Shown here one piece after another: positions 36,405 through 49,885 of a stretch of 64,000 nucleotides of DNA. Positions within the stretch are counted from its first letter, which is position 1, and the number at the start of each line of letters is the position of its first letter. The DNA is from Squalus acanthias (Eukaryota): contig CM059432.1 of assembly GCA_030390025.1 (NCBI GenBank), positions 104,348,001 through 104,412,000 of the forward strand, read 5' to 3'. The translations under genes were made by a program, and so were the position numbers. The notes below the pieces were generated by a model that saw only the letters and a program-made list of their open reading frames with translations, made no database searches and was not told where the DNA came from.

Positions 36405-37450
36405 AACAACAACAAGAGCAACTTGTATTTATATAGCGCCTTTAATGTAGTAAAATGTCCCAAGGCATTTCACAGGAGCGTTATAAAATTTAATTTGACA
36501 CCAAGCCACATAAGGAGATATTAGGGCAGAAGAGGTAAGTTTTAAGGAGCATCTTAAAGGAGGAAAGCGAGGTCGAGAGGCGGAGAGGTTTAGGGAGCGA
36601 TCCAGAGCTTAGGGCCTAGGCAACTGAAGGCACAGCCACCAATTGTGGAGAGATTAAAATTGGGGATGTTCAAGAGGCCAGAATTAGAGGAGTGCAGATA
36701 TCTCGTGGGGTTGGAGGAGATTACAGAGATAGGGAGGGCGAGGCCATGGAGGGATTTAAAAACAAGGATGAGAATTTTGAAATTGAGGTATTGCTTAACT
36801 GGGAGCCAATGTAGGCCAGCGAATACAGGGTTGATGGGTGACTGGGACTTGGTGCGAGTTAGGACACAGGCAGTAGAGTTTTGACCTCAAGTTTACGGAA
36901 GGTAGAATGTGGGAGGCTGGCCAGGAGTGCATTGGAATAGTCAAGTCCAGAAGTAACAAAGGCATGGATGAGGGTTTCAGCAGCAGATGAGCTGAGGCCG
37001 GGCAGAGCCGGGTAATGTTCCGGAGGTGGAAATAGGCGGTCTTAGTGATGGCGCGGATATGTGGTTGGAAGCTCATGTCAGGTTGCATACAGTCTGGTTC
37101 AGCCTCAGACAGTTGTCAGGGAAAGGGATGGAGTCGGTGGCTTTGGAATGGAGTTTGTGGCGGGGACTGAAGACAATGACTTTGGTCTTCGTAATAGTTC
37201 GTTGGAGGAGATTTCTGCTCATCCAGAAATGGATTTCGGACAAGCAGTCTGACAATTTAGATACAGTGGAGGGGTCGAGAGAATTGGTGGTGAGGTAGAG
37301 CTGGGTGTTGTCAGTGTACATGTGGAAACTGACACTGTGTTTTCAGATGATGTCACCGAGGGGCAGCATGTAGATGAGAAATAGGAGGGGGCCAAGGATA
37401 GATCCTTGGGGGACACCAGAGGTAACGGTGTGGGAGGGGGAAGAGAAACC
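36405..37450 (-). mobile_element. L2-clade LINE, 5'-truncated
   Basis: MYTDNTQLYL (37073..37321); reverse complement of 10300-11360; (TTG)n tail. Confidence 0.88.
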
Positions 37451-37489
37451 AGAAAAAGTTTAACTAAACTGTTTTTTTTAATCCTTAGC

Positions 37490-37880
37490 TAAGCTGCTCT
37501 GATGACTCAGTGAGTTTATTCACTGAGTAGCGAGCTATACAAGAGAGGACAGTTTCCGGTTCAATCCTGAGAATTTGATGAGGTAGTTGATCTCAGCCAG
37601 GGCAGGGACAGGGGTTGGAGCATGACACTTGGCCCTGGGACTCATGGGTTAGGGAAGGGTAAATTGGCTGGAGTTCCTGCTCCTGATCACTATCTGGTGA
37701 CATCTGCAGGAAATTAATGTGTAGACATTGAGTGAGGATAGGTAGGGCTTGCCTTTGGTCACCTGTCAACACTCACTGTCAGGGCTCACATATGAATAAT
37801 GCCTCTTTGGGCAAGGCACCAGGGAACAACCAGCAGCCTTGGAACCATAAACTTGAAAGGAATACCCTTCAGGGGAGAAA
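37490..37880 (+). mobile_element. SINE-like family C, most complete copy
   Basis: A-box-like tgactcagtga and B-box-like ggttcaatcc, followed by the body shared with the other family C copies. Confidence 0.6.
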
Positions 37881-38730
37881 GGGGTGAAAAGCAATGTGAA
37901 AAAATAATAGTTTTGCAGAAAAAATATCACTCCTAAAAAAAAAAGATCTGGGTAATGACAGTGGTCTTGACACAGAAATGAAAAAAGGCCATTCAGGCCA
38001 TCCAGCTTGCTCCATCATACACATCCTGTTTCAGAACCAGTTTGGACATAGGACCCGGATTTACATATTAAAAGTGGCCTCCTGCCTACCACAGGCAGGT
38101 GCTCCGGCTGCCCATCTAAAGGCCCCTACCAAGATGCTGCTGGCCAGATTGCCAGTGTAAACAAGGTGGCAAGTGACCCAACACAATTTCCCAGCTGCTA
38201 CTGTCTAATTTACATGGACGGCCACAGTTAAAATCAGCCCACTGAGTTCCTAAATTGAACTCAGCTGTTAGAAGAGATGCTAAGCAAAAATCAAGCAAGG
38301 CGCTTCCTCAAAGGACCAGAAGGAAAATGAACAGTGAGTCACTTTGGACTATTTTTGCACACCAAGCAACAAGTTTCAAAGTGTCAGTGGCAGAGGTCCC
38401 TCTCAGTTAGGAAATGATGTGTGGTCATGGTGGATCTAAAGAGAAGGAAATAAACGAAAAAAGAAACGTTTCCCCGCTATTTAAAGAAAACGTTATCCAA
38501 TATTAACAATTCTTCTAGTCATGCGATTCATCAGTATTGTATTCGGAACATATAGTCGGAGCTCCCAATACCATTGCATTTGGCATGATTCTGACACTAA
38601 AGATTATCAGCATTTGCTGTGTGCAAATTGGCTACCACATTTACCTACATAACAACACTGGCTACACTTCAAAACTAGTTCCTTGGTTGTGAAGCATTAT
38701 GGAATATTCTGATGATGAGAAATAAACTAT

Positions 38731-39720
38731 GGTCCTGAAATTGCGGTCGGAGCCGTAGTTAAGGAGTACGCCGCCGACTTCAAACAAAATCCGCACTTAC
38801 CTGGTGTGAGGCCCCCTTGGAAAACTTGCATTGTTTTGCTATGGAGTTGTACATCGCATAGTGGCCCACGGATCCCAAAGGCGCAGCGTGTGCATACCTG
38901 GGATCACGTAGGGCGGTGTGCCAATCAGGAAACAGAAATCTCTGATGCCCATTCATTTGTAGGGCTTGGATTTGAGAAGAAATTTTTCTGCCGTCCTCCT
39001 ATGTCTGGTGCACTCTGGCATGTTAGGCAGTTGGTGCAGAATTTCATGTGGAACTGTGGGTCGACTTACAATATTTAGGCCATGCAAGAAAAAAATTAAT
39101 CTCTAAATGGTGACACGCACTTAGAGCTTTGGAACTCGTCATTCCGTTTAAGCAATATTGCATTTAGCCGTGAACTTATTACAGACATGATTTTTAATGT
39201 CCAAGAAAGTGCCCTAAATCTCTAAAACATTCCAAATATACCAAGTTCATTAACCTGAAGATTTATGAGAACCTGTTTTTTGAAACAGTGCAATCAGCAC
39301 TTGCTATTCCCGGAGGGCAGTTATTTATATTTAATCTTACTTTATCTTAACTGCTTTTAAGTTTGATAAGCTTGAAACCCATTCATCGCACACTAAAAAC
39401 CATGTTTCAAGTTGCTGTTTTGATGCTTCACCTAATATTTCATTTCTGCCTCCCCTTACGCTATGCAAACAGGCTCCTGCGCCTGTTTGCACCAGCCATA
39501 AAACTTTCCTGCGTAATTGCTGTGCAGTTGGTGGGCAATTACCCCAACTCTGCCCATCAATGAGGATTTGACAGTCGCAGTGGATGATCTGTCTAGTTGG
39601 AACTTGACAGATCTCAGGTTTGGGATTTATGTGGAAATCCCAAACTTGCGGTCAATTTCAAAGGCGGTATGACGGCGTACTCTGAGTGTACGCCAACATA
39701 CCGATTGCAAATTCTGCTCC
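38731..39720. mobile_element. ~990-bp Harbinger-type non-autonomous element inserted in a Deu-SINE tail
   Basis: Imperfect TIR ggtcctgaaattgcggtcgg vs ggagcagaatttgcaatcgg (reverse complement); subterminal gagtacgccg inverted at both ends; TSD TAT (38728-38730, 39721-39723). The SINE tail resumes with ataaatgtaagttc. Confidence 0.72.
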
Positions 39721-41306
39721 TATATAAATGTAAGTTCTTTTCTTTCTCTCCTTCTCTTGTTCACTCATTCTTCTGGCACTGGAGCCTATTTTTCTCCTCC
39801 TTATCTTGAAAGAAAGAAGAAAGAATTTTCATTTATATTATGCCTTATCATATCCCTCTAAAATCTCTCAAAGTGCTTCACATACAGTGAATTACTTTGA
39901 AGTTCATTTACTGTTGTTTTGTAGGTGAACCAATCAGTACCCAGCATGCTTCCAGGCACCAGAAACTTGCATTTATATAGCTCCTTTATCAAGTAAACAT
40001 TGAATAATTAAAACAGAACAGTGCATAAAAAAGCCTGATGTCTGGTTTTGAATTAGATAATATGACGTTTGAATGGGCTGTCTGCTAATTTCTTAGTGAA
40101 AATCAGCACCAAAAGTCAATTTTTTTCAATTACTTTCATGTTGTGGAGGTATCCCCAATCTGAACCTTATCCTATCCCCTGTCCAGTTTTGGACTTGGCA
40201 AAAGGTGAGATCCCTTGCTGAATATAAATCAAAAATATTTCGCCCGCGTTCCTAGAATCTTTAAAAGAAAGATGGCAGGATCCTTTTCATTGGACAGCAC
40301 AAGACTTTCAGGATTTTTCTCCTACATTCCCATTTCCAAATTCATGCCAGAAATTTGCAATGGCATACATCTAGGAATCCCAGATATGTCACAGCTTGCA
40401 TATGAGCTCATCCAGACCTGCACAATTTGCCGTTATACCATCACCGTGCACCTTTGCTGCTTATCTGAGCCTCCGACCTTAGAATTTTTTTCCTCACATT
40501 AGAAGGTATCCATTATTGACAGAAGATTTGCCAATATGCATGAAGAAACTCAATGCTTTGAGCCACATAGTATGAATGGCTTTAAACATAAATATGAACC
40601 ATCATGCTCGATTCAAAGGACATGAATATAAGGAGGTGGGGGATGGATGGAAATGGAATTCATAAAAGGAGTGTGAATCTGCAATCATAAAGGTGTGTGT
40701 TGAATGCTCTGCTGCAGGGCCAGTGGGTCAAGTCAGCGTTCTTTGAATTTTGGCAGGCATGAAACAGCATTTACAAATCCACTTGTATTAGAAAGAAAGG
40801 AGACTCCTCATCTAGGAGTTAAAGGCACAAGTAGTACAACTCTTCCTTTGTTTCAAAGCTAATAGTGGGAGTAGCTGTGAAAGAAAAGAATATTCTTTGA
40901 TTATTAGAAAGGTGGGTTATTTAAAAGACACTGCTTTGAATAGGTTCTTTTCTTCAGTACCCAGTGTTGTCATGGGAACTCCCATGGACACAAAGAGCTA
41001 TTTATATAAGATGCTGGACTATTGAACAACTTAATCAAAGCAATACAAACAGAAAGCAAAAAGATGTTAACATTAGTATTATCAATGCTACTTCTGTATT
41101 AATCTTTTTTGAGCTGCTATGCTAAAAGATATTTTTATTTTACCCTTATTAAATAATATGATATACACTGTATCCTGCCTACTGTTCAGTTATCAAAAAT
41201 GTGATTGTTTATCACACTACTAATAATTTTCCATTTTGAGTACTTCAACTGCAATTTTCATCCAAAGCACTTTCCATCCTTCTTCCATCACACAGCCTTC
41301 CTTCTA

Positions 41307-44300
41307 CATAAGAACATAAGAAATAGGAGCAGGAGTAGTCCATTCGGCCCTTCGTGCCTGCTCCGCCATTCAATGAGATCATGGCTGATCTTCTGCCTCA
41401 ATTCCATTCACTGGCCTTATCGCCATATCCCTTGATGCCTTTACTAGTCAGAAATCTATCGACTTCTGTTTTGAATATACCCAATGACTGAGCCTCCACA
41501 ACCCTCTGGGGTAGAGAATTCCAAAGATTCACCACCCTCTGTGTGAAGAAATTTCTTCTCATCTCAGTCCTGAATGGCCTACCCTTTATCCTGAGGCTGT
41601 GGCCCCTGGTTCTAGACTCCCCAGCCAAGGGAAACATTCTCCCAGCATCCACCTTATCAAGCCCTGTAATAATTTTGTAGGCGTCAATGAGATCCCCTCT
41701 CATTCTTCTGAATTCAAGAGAATACAGGCCTAGTTTACTCAATCTCTTCTCATACGACAGTCCCGCCATCCCAGGAATCAATCTCGTGAACCTTTGTTGC
41801 ACTCCCTCTATGGCAAGTATATCCTTCCTTAGGTAAGGAGACCAAAATTGTACACTGTACTCCAGGTGTGGTCTCACCAAGGCCCTATATAATTGGAGTA
41901 AGACTTCTGTACTCCTGTACTCAAATCCTCTTGTAATGAAGGCCAGCATATCATTTGCCTTCCTAATGGCTTGCTGCACCTGCACATTCACTTTCAGTGA
42001 CTCATGTATAAGGACACCCAGGTCCCGTTGAGCATCTGCATTCCCCAATCTTTCACAATTTAAGAAATACTCTGCCTTTCTGTTTTTTCTACCAAAGTGG
42101 ATAACTTCACATTTATCCACATTATAATCTATCTGCCATGTTCTTGCTAAGCCTGTCGAGATCCCCTTGAAGCCTCTTCACATCCTCTTCGCAACTGACA
42201 CTGCCACCTAGCTTTGTGTCATTAGCAAATTTGGAAATGTTACATTTAGTCCCCTCATCCAAATCATTGATATAGATTGTGAATAGCTGGGGCCCAAGCA
42301 CCGATCCTTGTGGTACCCCACTAGTCACAGCCTGCCATCCTGAAAAAGACTCGTTTATCCCTACTCTTTGTTTTCTGTCTGTTAACCAATTCTCAATCCA
42401 TGCTAGTATATTACCCCCAATTCCATGTGCCCTAATTTTGTTCACCAACCTCTTATGTGGGACCTTATCGAAGGCCTTCTGAAAATCCAAATACACTACA
42501 TCTACCGGTTCCCCTTTGTCTACTCCACTAGTTACATCCTCAAAGAACTTCCAATAGGTTTGTCAAACAGTACTTCCCTTTCATAAATCCATGTTGACTC
42601 TGCCCAATCTTAGTATTAGTTTCTAAGTGCCCAGTTATTGCATCCTTTATAATAGATTCCAGCATTTTCCCAACTACTGATGTGAGGCTAACAGGTCTGT
42701 AGTTCCCCGTTTTCTCTCTCCCTCCTTTCTTAAATAGTGGGGTTACATTTGCTATCCTCCAATCTGCAGGAACTGTTCCAGAATCTATAGAATTTTGGAA
42801 GATGACAACCAATGCGTCCACTATCCCAATGGCCACCTCTTTCAAAACCCTAGGATGTAGGTCATCCAGTCCTTGAGATTTATCGACTTTTAGTCCCATT
42901 AATTTTGCTAGTACTGTTTTTTTACTAATAATAATTACTTTATGTTCCTCATTCTCGCCACACCCTTGGTTTTCTCGTATTTCTGGAAGGTTTTTTGTGT
43001 CTTCCTGCGTGAAGACAGAAACAAAGTATTTATTTAATTTCTCTGCCATTTCCTCATTCTCCATTATAAATTCTCCCGTCTCTGACTGTAAAGGACCTAC
43101 ATTTACCTTCGCCAGTCTTTTCCTTTTCACATACCTATAGAAGCTTTTACAATCCGTTTTTATATTTTTCGCTAGTTTGTGCTCATATTCCATTTTCCCT
43201 TTCTTTATCAATTTCTTGGACCCCCTTTGCTGATTTCTAAAAAGATCCCAATCCTCAGGCTGACCGCTTTTTCTGGCAACTTTATAAGCTTCCTCCTTTG
43301 ACTTAATACTAGCTTTAATTTCTTTTGTTAGCCATGGTTGGATCACTTTTCCTTTAGGGTTTTTATGCCCTAGAGGAATATATGTTTGTTGCAAATGATG
43401 CATTATTTCTTTGAATGTTACTCATTGTATGTCCACCTTCATACCTTTTAGTGTAGTCTCCCAATCTACCATGGCCAACTTGTCCCTCATACCCTTGTAG
43501 TTTACTCTGTTTAGATTGAAGACCTTAGTTTCAGATTGGACTACATCACTCTCAAACTTAATATAAAATTCAATCATATTATGGTCACTTGTCCCTAAAG
43601 GCCCCTTTACCACAAGATTATTGATTACCCCTTTCTCATTACACAGTACCAGATCCAGAATAGCCTGTTCCCTGGTTGGTTCCTTCACATACTGATCCAG
43701 GAAACCATCTTGCATGCATTCCAAGAATTCGTCCTCCACACCATTAGTGGTAATTTGATTTTCCCAGTCAATATGTAGATTAAAGTCCCCCATGATTACC
43801 GTATTGCTCTTGTTACATGCACTTCTAATCTCTTGATTGATACTGTGCCCTACATTACCACTACTGTTTGGTGGCCTATACACAACTCCCACCAATGTTT
43901 TCCGCCCTTTGCTGTTTCTTAGCTCCACCCAAACTGATTCCAGTTCTACATCACGATCTGCCGAGCCAAGATCTTTTATCTCTACCGTACCGATCTCATC
44001 CCTTATTAACAGCGCTACGCCACCTCCTTTTCCTTTTTGTCTGTCCTTCCTAAATGTTGAGTACCCTGGAACATTCAGTTCCCAGCTTTGGTTACCCTGC
44101 AACCATGTCTCTGTAATGGCAATTACATCATACCCATTTACTTCTATTAGTGCCATTAATTCATCCACCTTGTTGCGAATGCTACGTGCATTTAGATAAA
44201 GTGCCTTCCACTTTGCCTGTTTAATATTTTTCTGCACTTTGACCCTCTTTTCTGTTGGCCTTTGTTTCTGCTCCCTACTAGTTTTGCTGACTACTTTTCC

Positions 44301-44556
44301 AACTTGCACTTCCAGCTTTGTTTCTCTCTGTTCTGTGCTCACACTTAGGCTCCCAGCCCCCTGACAAACTAGTTTAAATCCTTCCCAACAGCACTAGCAA
44401 CCCCCCTTGCGAGGATATTGGTCCCGGTTCTGCTGAGGTGTAACCCGTCCAGCTTGTACAGGTCCCACCTTCCCCAGAATCGGTCCCAATGCCTCAGGAG
44501 CTTAAATCCCTCCCTCCTACACCATCTCTCCAGCCACGCATTCATCTGGTCTATTC
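41307..44556 (-). mobile_element. CR1 LINE, 5'-truncated within ORF1
   Basis: ORF1 end (WDLYKLDGLHL, 44369..44575); ORF2 pieces 43422..44342, 42540..43403, 42122..42496 and 41398..42120; tail ttcttatgttcttatg. Confidence 0.95.
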
Positions 44557-45205
44557 TCCCGTTAGCGGGGCGCAAAGCAACTAGCGCCCGGGCGCGGCGC
44601 CGCCAACACCTCCCGCAAAATTCAGCGGGAGGTTAGCGGTGGCAGTAACCTTTAGCGCCCCACGGCGCTGCGCCGCCAGTGATGCTGTCATTGCTGTGCA
44701 CAGCACCCCGCTCACACCCCAGCCGCGATCTTCGGTAGCGCCCCTTGACTTATCACCGGACGCTATGTCCGACGGAGTCAGGGGGGCCTACCTGCGGCCA
44801 GGGTAGTGCTAATTAAAGGCGAGGTACCAGGCGGCCATTTTTGTTGCTGGCCGCCTGCCAGCACCTGCCCCCATTGCCATCCCCGGCCTCCTGACCAGCT
44901 CCGTGAGTCCGGCACTTCTCTTGAGTGCCGGGCTCTTTTACCGGCACTCTGATCCCTGGTGGCTCAGCTGGGCCCCGGGTCACGCTGCGCAAAGCTCCTC
45001 CCCTTTAAGAAGGGGAGGAAGGCCTGCAGTACCGTAGCGCGACGGGCCACTGCACTGCGGCACGTAGCGCCGCGATATTCCCTCGCAGCACGCCAAGAGG
45101 GAGGCGGGCCGCTTCCAGTAGCACCCCGCTTCCCTATTGGGGCGCTACTGATGAATTTCGGCTGCGGGGGCGCTAATTTTTTCGGGGCGACTCAATTTTT
45201 CCCCC
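44557..45205. mobile_element. Harbinger MITE (TAGCGCC family) missing its left TIR
   Basis: Right end caatttttccccc; colinear with the reverse complement of 61939-62653. Confidence 0.8.
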
Positions 45206-45502
45206 AATCTGTTTTTGTGATGTTGATTGAGTGATATCTATTGGCCAGGACACCAGGGATAACTCCCCTGCTCATCTTCGAAATAGTGCCATGGGATCTT
45301 TTACGTCCACTTGAGAGAGCAGACAGGGCCTCAATTTAATGTCTCATCCAAAAGGTGGCACTTCCAACAGTGCAGCACTCCCTCAATACTTCACTGGAGT
45401 GTCAGCCTAGGTTTTTGTGCTCAAGTCTCTGGAGTGGGACTTCGAACCCACAACCTTCTGACTCAGAAGGTGAGGGTGATACCAACTGAGCCACAGCTGA
45501 CA
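45206..45502 (-). mobile_element. Deu-domain SINE, 5' part only
   Basis: Matches 60830-61115; tail missing. Confidence 0.82.
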
Positions 45503-45509
45503 CCAGCTG

Positions 45510-47600
45510 GTGTAAACTAGTAACATTTATGTGATTCTACTAAAGAAGGGAAACTTCACAACATAACATTTTCTCTTACACCCATGTGCATACCCTTGTG
45601 CAACTATAAGGCTTTACTTTTACTTTTCATGCTACTCTACATGGTGCAAACCCTGTGGCATGAGTAGAGGCAGGCTGCTCACATCCGTGCTCTGTCTGCT
45701 GAGATGCTCTTGGCTGGCGACCTCTGGATTTTGGACCCCATGAGGGCCCCGCCACAGACTGCTCCACCTGCACCTGTGCAGGAGCAGACTCGGCCATCGG
45801 GACACGAGGTAGGATTTCGGGTCCTGACTGCGGGGGAGGGGGGGGCAATGGGTGAGAGGTGGAAGCGCTTTGAGTGGAGTCCCCACTTCTATGTCACCTT
45901 TCGCCTTCATCCCTCTCAGGGGCCAGCTGCAATTCATTGCTACCACTCTGCTGGAGAGCACTTTGATGCAGATCAGTGCAGGCAAAGCTAAGGTATCTGC
46001 CATCCTATTTAAGACTGCAGACATGCTGGTATCCAGAGTCTGCATGGCCATGGCGTGCATTGACTCATTTGATTGCCAGATTTGATGTTCCACAGAGTTG
46101 ACCACTCTTTCCACGCAAGAAGATATCGTCGCAATACCCTGCGACATCATACCACTCATGCTTGAGGTGGACTGCTCCATTCTCTCTGCAATCGTAGTCA
46201 GTGTGCTTGGAAGGCCTGTCAGTACATCGCACATTTTCAGCTGCTCCTCAATGATTCTCCTTTTAAACGACAGCCCCCAGGTACAGCATCTGTGTCCAGC
46301 TGAGCAGAGCTTGGAAAGGGCTGCACCCTCTGACATGGACTCGCCACAGATGTCCCTGCCGCCATCATCACTTGTGAAGTGTGAGTCACCAGGTGAAAAC
46401 CCAACTATCTGTCTAACTGGAACCACCGAAGTGTGAGTATCTGAGCTGGTGCATTTCTAAGCATGAGTCCTGTGATGGTGCACCCTCAGAAAGAATGATC
46501 TCCTCTGAGGAATCATTGTCCGCTGTGTCCATGAACTCCTGCTGCATATGTGAAGGCCCTAGTGGAGAGAAAAGTTATGAATTAGTACTGACAAGGTAGG
46601 AATGTTGCAACTTATCATTATGAAGATTATCATATTTCACTCGCTGTTGAAATGAAGGCAACATAACTGAGTGTTGTATGACATGTGGGTCACTGATATT
46701 TAATTGTGTCACCAGGTAACTGGGAGGTCCCCATCTCCCCATCTCCAATGGCCAGGGATGCCAAAACACCACTGATCTCCAGCGCTTGCTCCTCTACAGT
46801 TGTTAGCTGGGAAATCTGTAAAGGATCACTTCCAGTTCTCTCCCTCTCCTTAGTGCTCTCTTCTCTGACAACGGGGGAAAGAACAGACCTATGAGTGGCT
46901 GTAATGGCATGTGTTCACCTGATGGATGGAGTACATTTGGTGAGGGTGATTATCAGGGAGATGCATGACATTGCATAAGGATGAGGGTGAGTGGCAGTGG
47001 TGATTGGATAGATGGGGATGTGAGGAAGTGCATAGAAAGAGAAGGATGGGTGAGCTTGCAAGTTAAGTGGGTGTAAGGAGTGATGTGATGGAGTAGGCTT
47101 GACAAGGCAGTGTGAGGGTGTGGAGTGATGCGTGCAGCAGGATGTAGGTGAATGTCAACTGTAGTTAGGTCACTAAAGCATTTCCTGCACTGAATGCGGG
47201 AGCATGGCACGCCTTCTTTGTGGCAGCAGCAAGCTTCTTCCTCCCATTGCTGGGGAAGAGTATCTCTCTGCGACTCCTCACTGACCCCAGCTGTACAACA
47301 AGGGAGGCATGATTGAAGCGGGGCGCAGTCTTTGAGCATCCTGAATCCTTTGTCACATCTTGTTTTCTCTTGCTTCCAACTCCAAACTCCTCCAAATTCC
47401 ATCTTTGAATGGGTCCTTTAAATACTGGAGTTGTGATTGTGTCATGCGTGTCCTCATCATGCCCACTGCCATGCAATCAATGTCAAACCTGGAAGTAAAA
47501 TGATAGTGAGCTGGTTGCGTTAAAATGCCACTGCCAGACTTGCTAAACTTACTCTGGTTTCCCCACACTATATTGGACACTCTCCCATCCAATCCCAACA
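45510..47600 (-). pseudogene. Decayed Harbinger Myb/SANT-like DNA-binding gene
   Basis: APRFNHASL..VRSRREILFPSNGRKK.AAATKKA (47165..47476) and IQCRKCFSDL (46953..47402) match the Harbinger trihelix pattern. Coiled/low-complexity C-terminus at 45632..46426. Confidence 0.72.
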
Positions 47601-47649
47601 CGCCTTTGAGATACTATCGAGGCCAATGTTCCTCTATGGTGCTGACAGT

Positions 47650-47821
47650 TTTTTTTTATTCGTTTATGGGATGTGGGCGTCGCTGGCAAGGCCAGTATTT
47701 ATTGCCCATCCCTAATTGCCCTTGAGAAGGTGGTGGTGAGCCGCCTTCTTGAACCGCTGCAGTCCGTGTGGTGAAGGTACTCCCACAGTGCTGTTAGGTA
47801 GGGAGTTCCAGGATTTTGACC
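47650..47821 (-). mobile_element. LINE family B, short 3' fragment
   Basis: Near-identical to 29088-29255. Confidence 0.88.
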
Positions 47822-48522
47822 TCTGGGGGGCGATAATGGGGCAATAACGACTTACCAACTGGGCACGGCAAAATGAACGACTCCCGCTAAATTGGCCGAG
47901 AGGTTTGCAGCGGCGGTAACACATTGTGCCACAATCTCCTGCGCCCAGAGATCGTGATGTCATTGCCGTGCGCATCGCCCCGGTAGCGCCCCGAACCCGA
48001 ACTTCGGTTCCGCCCCCTGCAACATTGCCAGGTGACAACAGCGACAGCTGCAGGAGGCATTGTTCGGGAGCCCGGGTGCTTCGGGGGTGCAAGTTAAAGG
48101 GGATGTTGGCGCGGTAAGTATAAAAATTGTTCCAATACATTATTTCAATTTTTTCCATTTTTCTTCGGCCGCGATCGATCAGCCTGGCACTCTGCTGGAG
48201 TGCATGGGGCTGAATGGGGCGGATCCTGGCTGCCGTCAGGGACCAGCTAACTGGTCCCAATACAGAGCCTGCAGCGATGGCCCTTTCCTTTAAGGGAGGG
48301 AAGGAGCCTCGGATCACGGCAGCGCTGCACGGGACATTGTGCAGCGCTGCACAACTACTGCCCCGCCTGCGTGCTTTAGTGCTCCAGGAAGGAAGTGGAG
48401 TGCTTGATTTAGTGCTCTACTTCCTTCCTGGAGTGTTAACAGCCAATTTAGGGGAAGCTCAGAATCATTAGCGCCTGGCTAAAATTAGCGTCCCAAACGG
48501 GGCGATACCGAATTTCTCCCCC
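47822..48522. mobile_element. Harbinger MITE (TAGCGCC family) missing its left TIR
   Basis: Right end gaatttctccccc as at 23073-23085; gtgatgtcattgccgtgc core shared with 44680-44700. Confidence 0.78.
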
Positions 48523-48774
48523 CTAGTTGTCTTTTGCAGAGCTTTTTTGGAAGAAAGTCAGACCATCTACAGTCAAATGTATCAAAGCTCTGATCAGCTC
48601 ATTTCAATCAACCTCCCCACTTCTGAAATTCAGATGAACACAGATTTCAGGTTTGAGTTTGGCCTCATTTCTAACTACAATTAGGAAATGAGAATGTCCT
48701 TACTAAAATCCATTTAGTGATTTTGGAGCTTTATTTGAATGAATTATTAACATATTTTGAATGATTCCGGAAGT

Positions 48775-49885
48775 TAGAATCATATAATGGTACAGCACAG
48801 AAGGAGGCCATTCGGCCCATCGTGGCTGTGCCGGCTCTTTGGCAGAGCTATCCAATTAGTCCCACTCCCCTGCTCTTTCCCCATAGCCCTGCAAATTTTT
48901 TCCTTTGAAGTATTTATCTAATTCCCTTATGATGTTACTATTGAATCCGCTTCCACCACACTTTCAGGCAGTGCATTCCAGATCACAACAGCTCAATGTG
49001 TAAAAAAATGTTTCCTCATGTCGGCCCTGTTTCTTTTGCCAATCACCTTAAATCTGTGTCCTCTGGTTACTGACCCTTCTGCCACTGGAAATAGTTTCTC
49101 CTTATTTACTCTAGCAAAGCCGTTTATGATTTTGAACACCTCTATCAAATCTCCTCTTAACCATCTTTCCTCTAAGGGGTACGGTAGCATAGTGGTTATG
49201 TTACTGGACTCATAATCCAGTGAACCTGGACTAATAATCTGGGAGCTGGGGGATTTAAATTCAATTCAATTAAAACACTAGTATCAGTAACCCAACTGGT
49301 TTGGTTCACTAATGTCCTTTAGGGAAGGAAACCTGCCATCCTTACCTGGTCTGGCCTATATGTGACTCCAGACCCACTCTTAACTGCCCTCTGAAATGGC
49401 CTAGCAAGCCACACAGTTGTGGCAAATCACTGTGACAAAGTCAGCACAGTGGGAGTAATTTCACCACAAGGACTGCAGCGGTTCAAGAAGGCAGCTCACC
49501 ACCACCTTCTCAAGGGCAATAAATGCCGGCCTTGCCCACATCCCATGAACAAATAAATAAACCACAATCTCTCCACATAACTGAAGTCCTTCATCCCTGT
49601 TACCATTCTAGTAACTGTCTTCTGCACCCTCTCTGAGGCCTTGACATACTTCCTAAAGAATTGAACACAATACTCCAGCTGAGTTTAGCATAAGGTTTAG
49701 CATAACTTCCTTGATTTTGTAATCTATGCCTCTGTTAATAAACCCAAGGATCCCATATGCTTTCTTAACAGCCTTCTCAACTTGTCCTGCCACCTTCAAA
49801 GTTTTGTGTGCATACACCTTTCTGTTCCTGCACCCCCTTTAAAATTTTACCATTTAGTTTATTTAGCTTCTCCTCATTCTTCCTA
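48775..49885 (-). mobile_element. CR1 3' fragment split by a SINE
   Basis: ORF 48993..49190: LRGDLIEVFKI..TRGHRFKV; CR1 sequence resumes at ~49562. Confidence 0.85.
49177..49561 (+). mobile_element. tRNA-headed SINE with a conserved central domain (MetaSINE/SlmI-like, from recollection) and a LINE B tail
   Basis: Head tagcatagtggttatgttactggact; core ggttcactaatgtcctttagggaaggaaacctgcc; tail gctcaccaccaccttctcaagggcaa..cccacatcccatgaac equals the LINE B 3' end. Confidence 0.78.

Noticed and set aside
47712..48317. 201-aa ORF
   Set aside because: Chance read-through from a GC-rich MITE into a LINE B 3' end.
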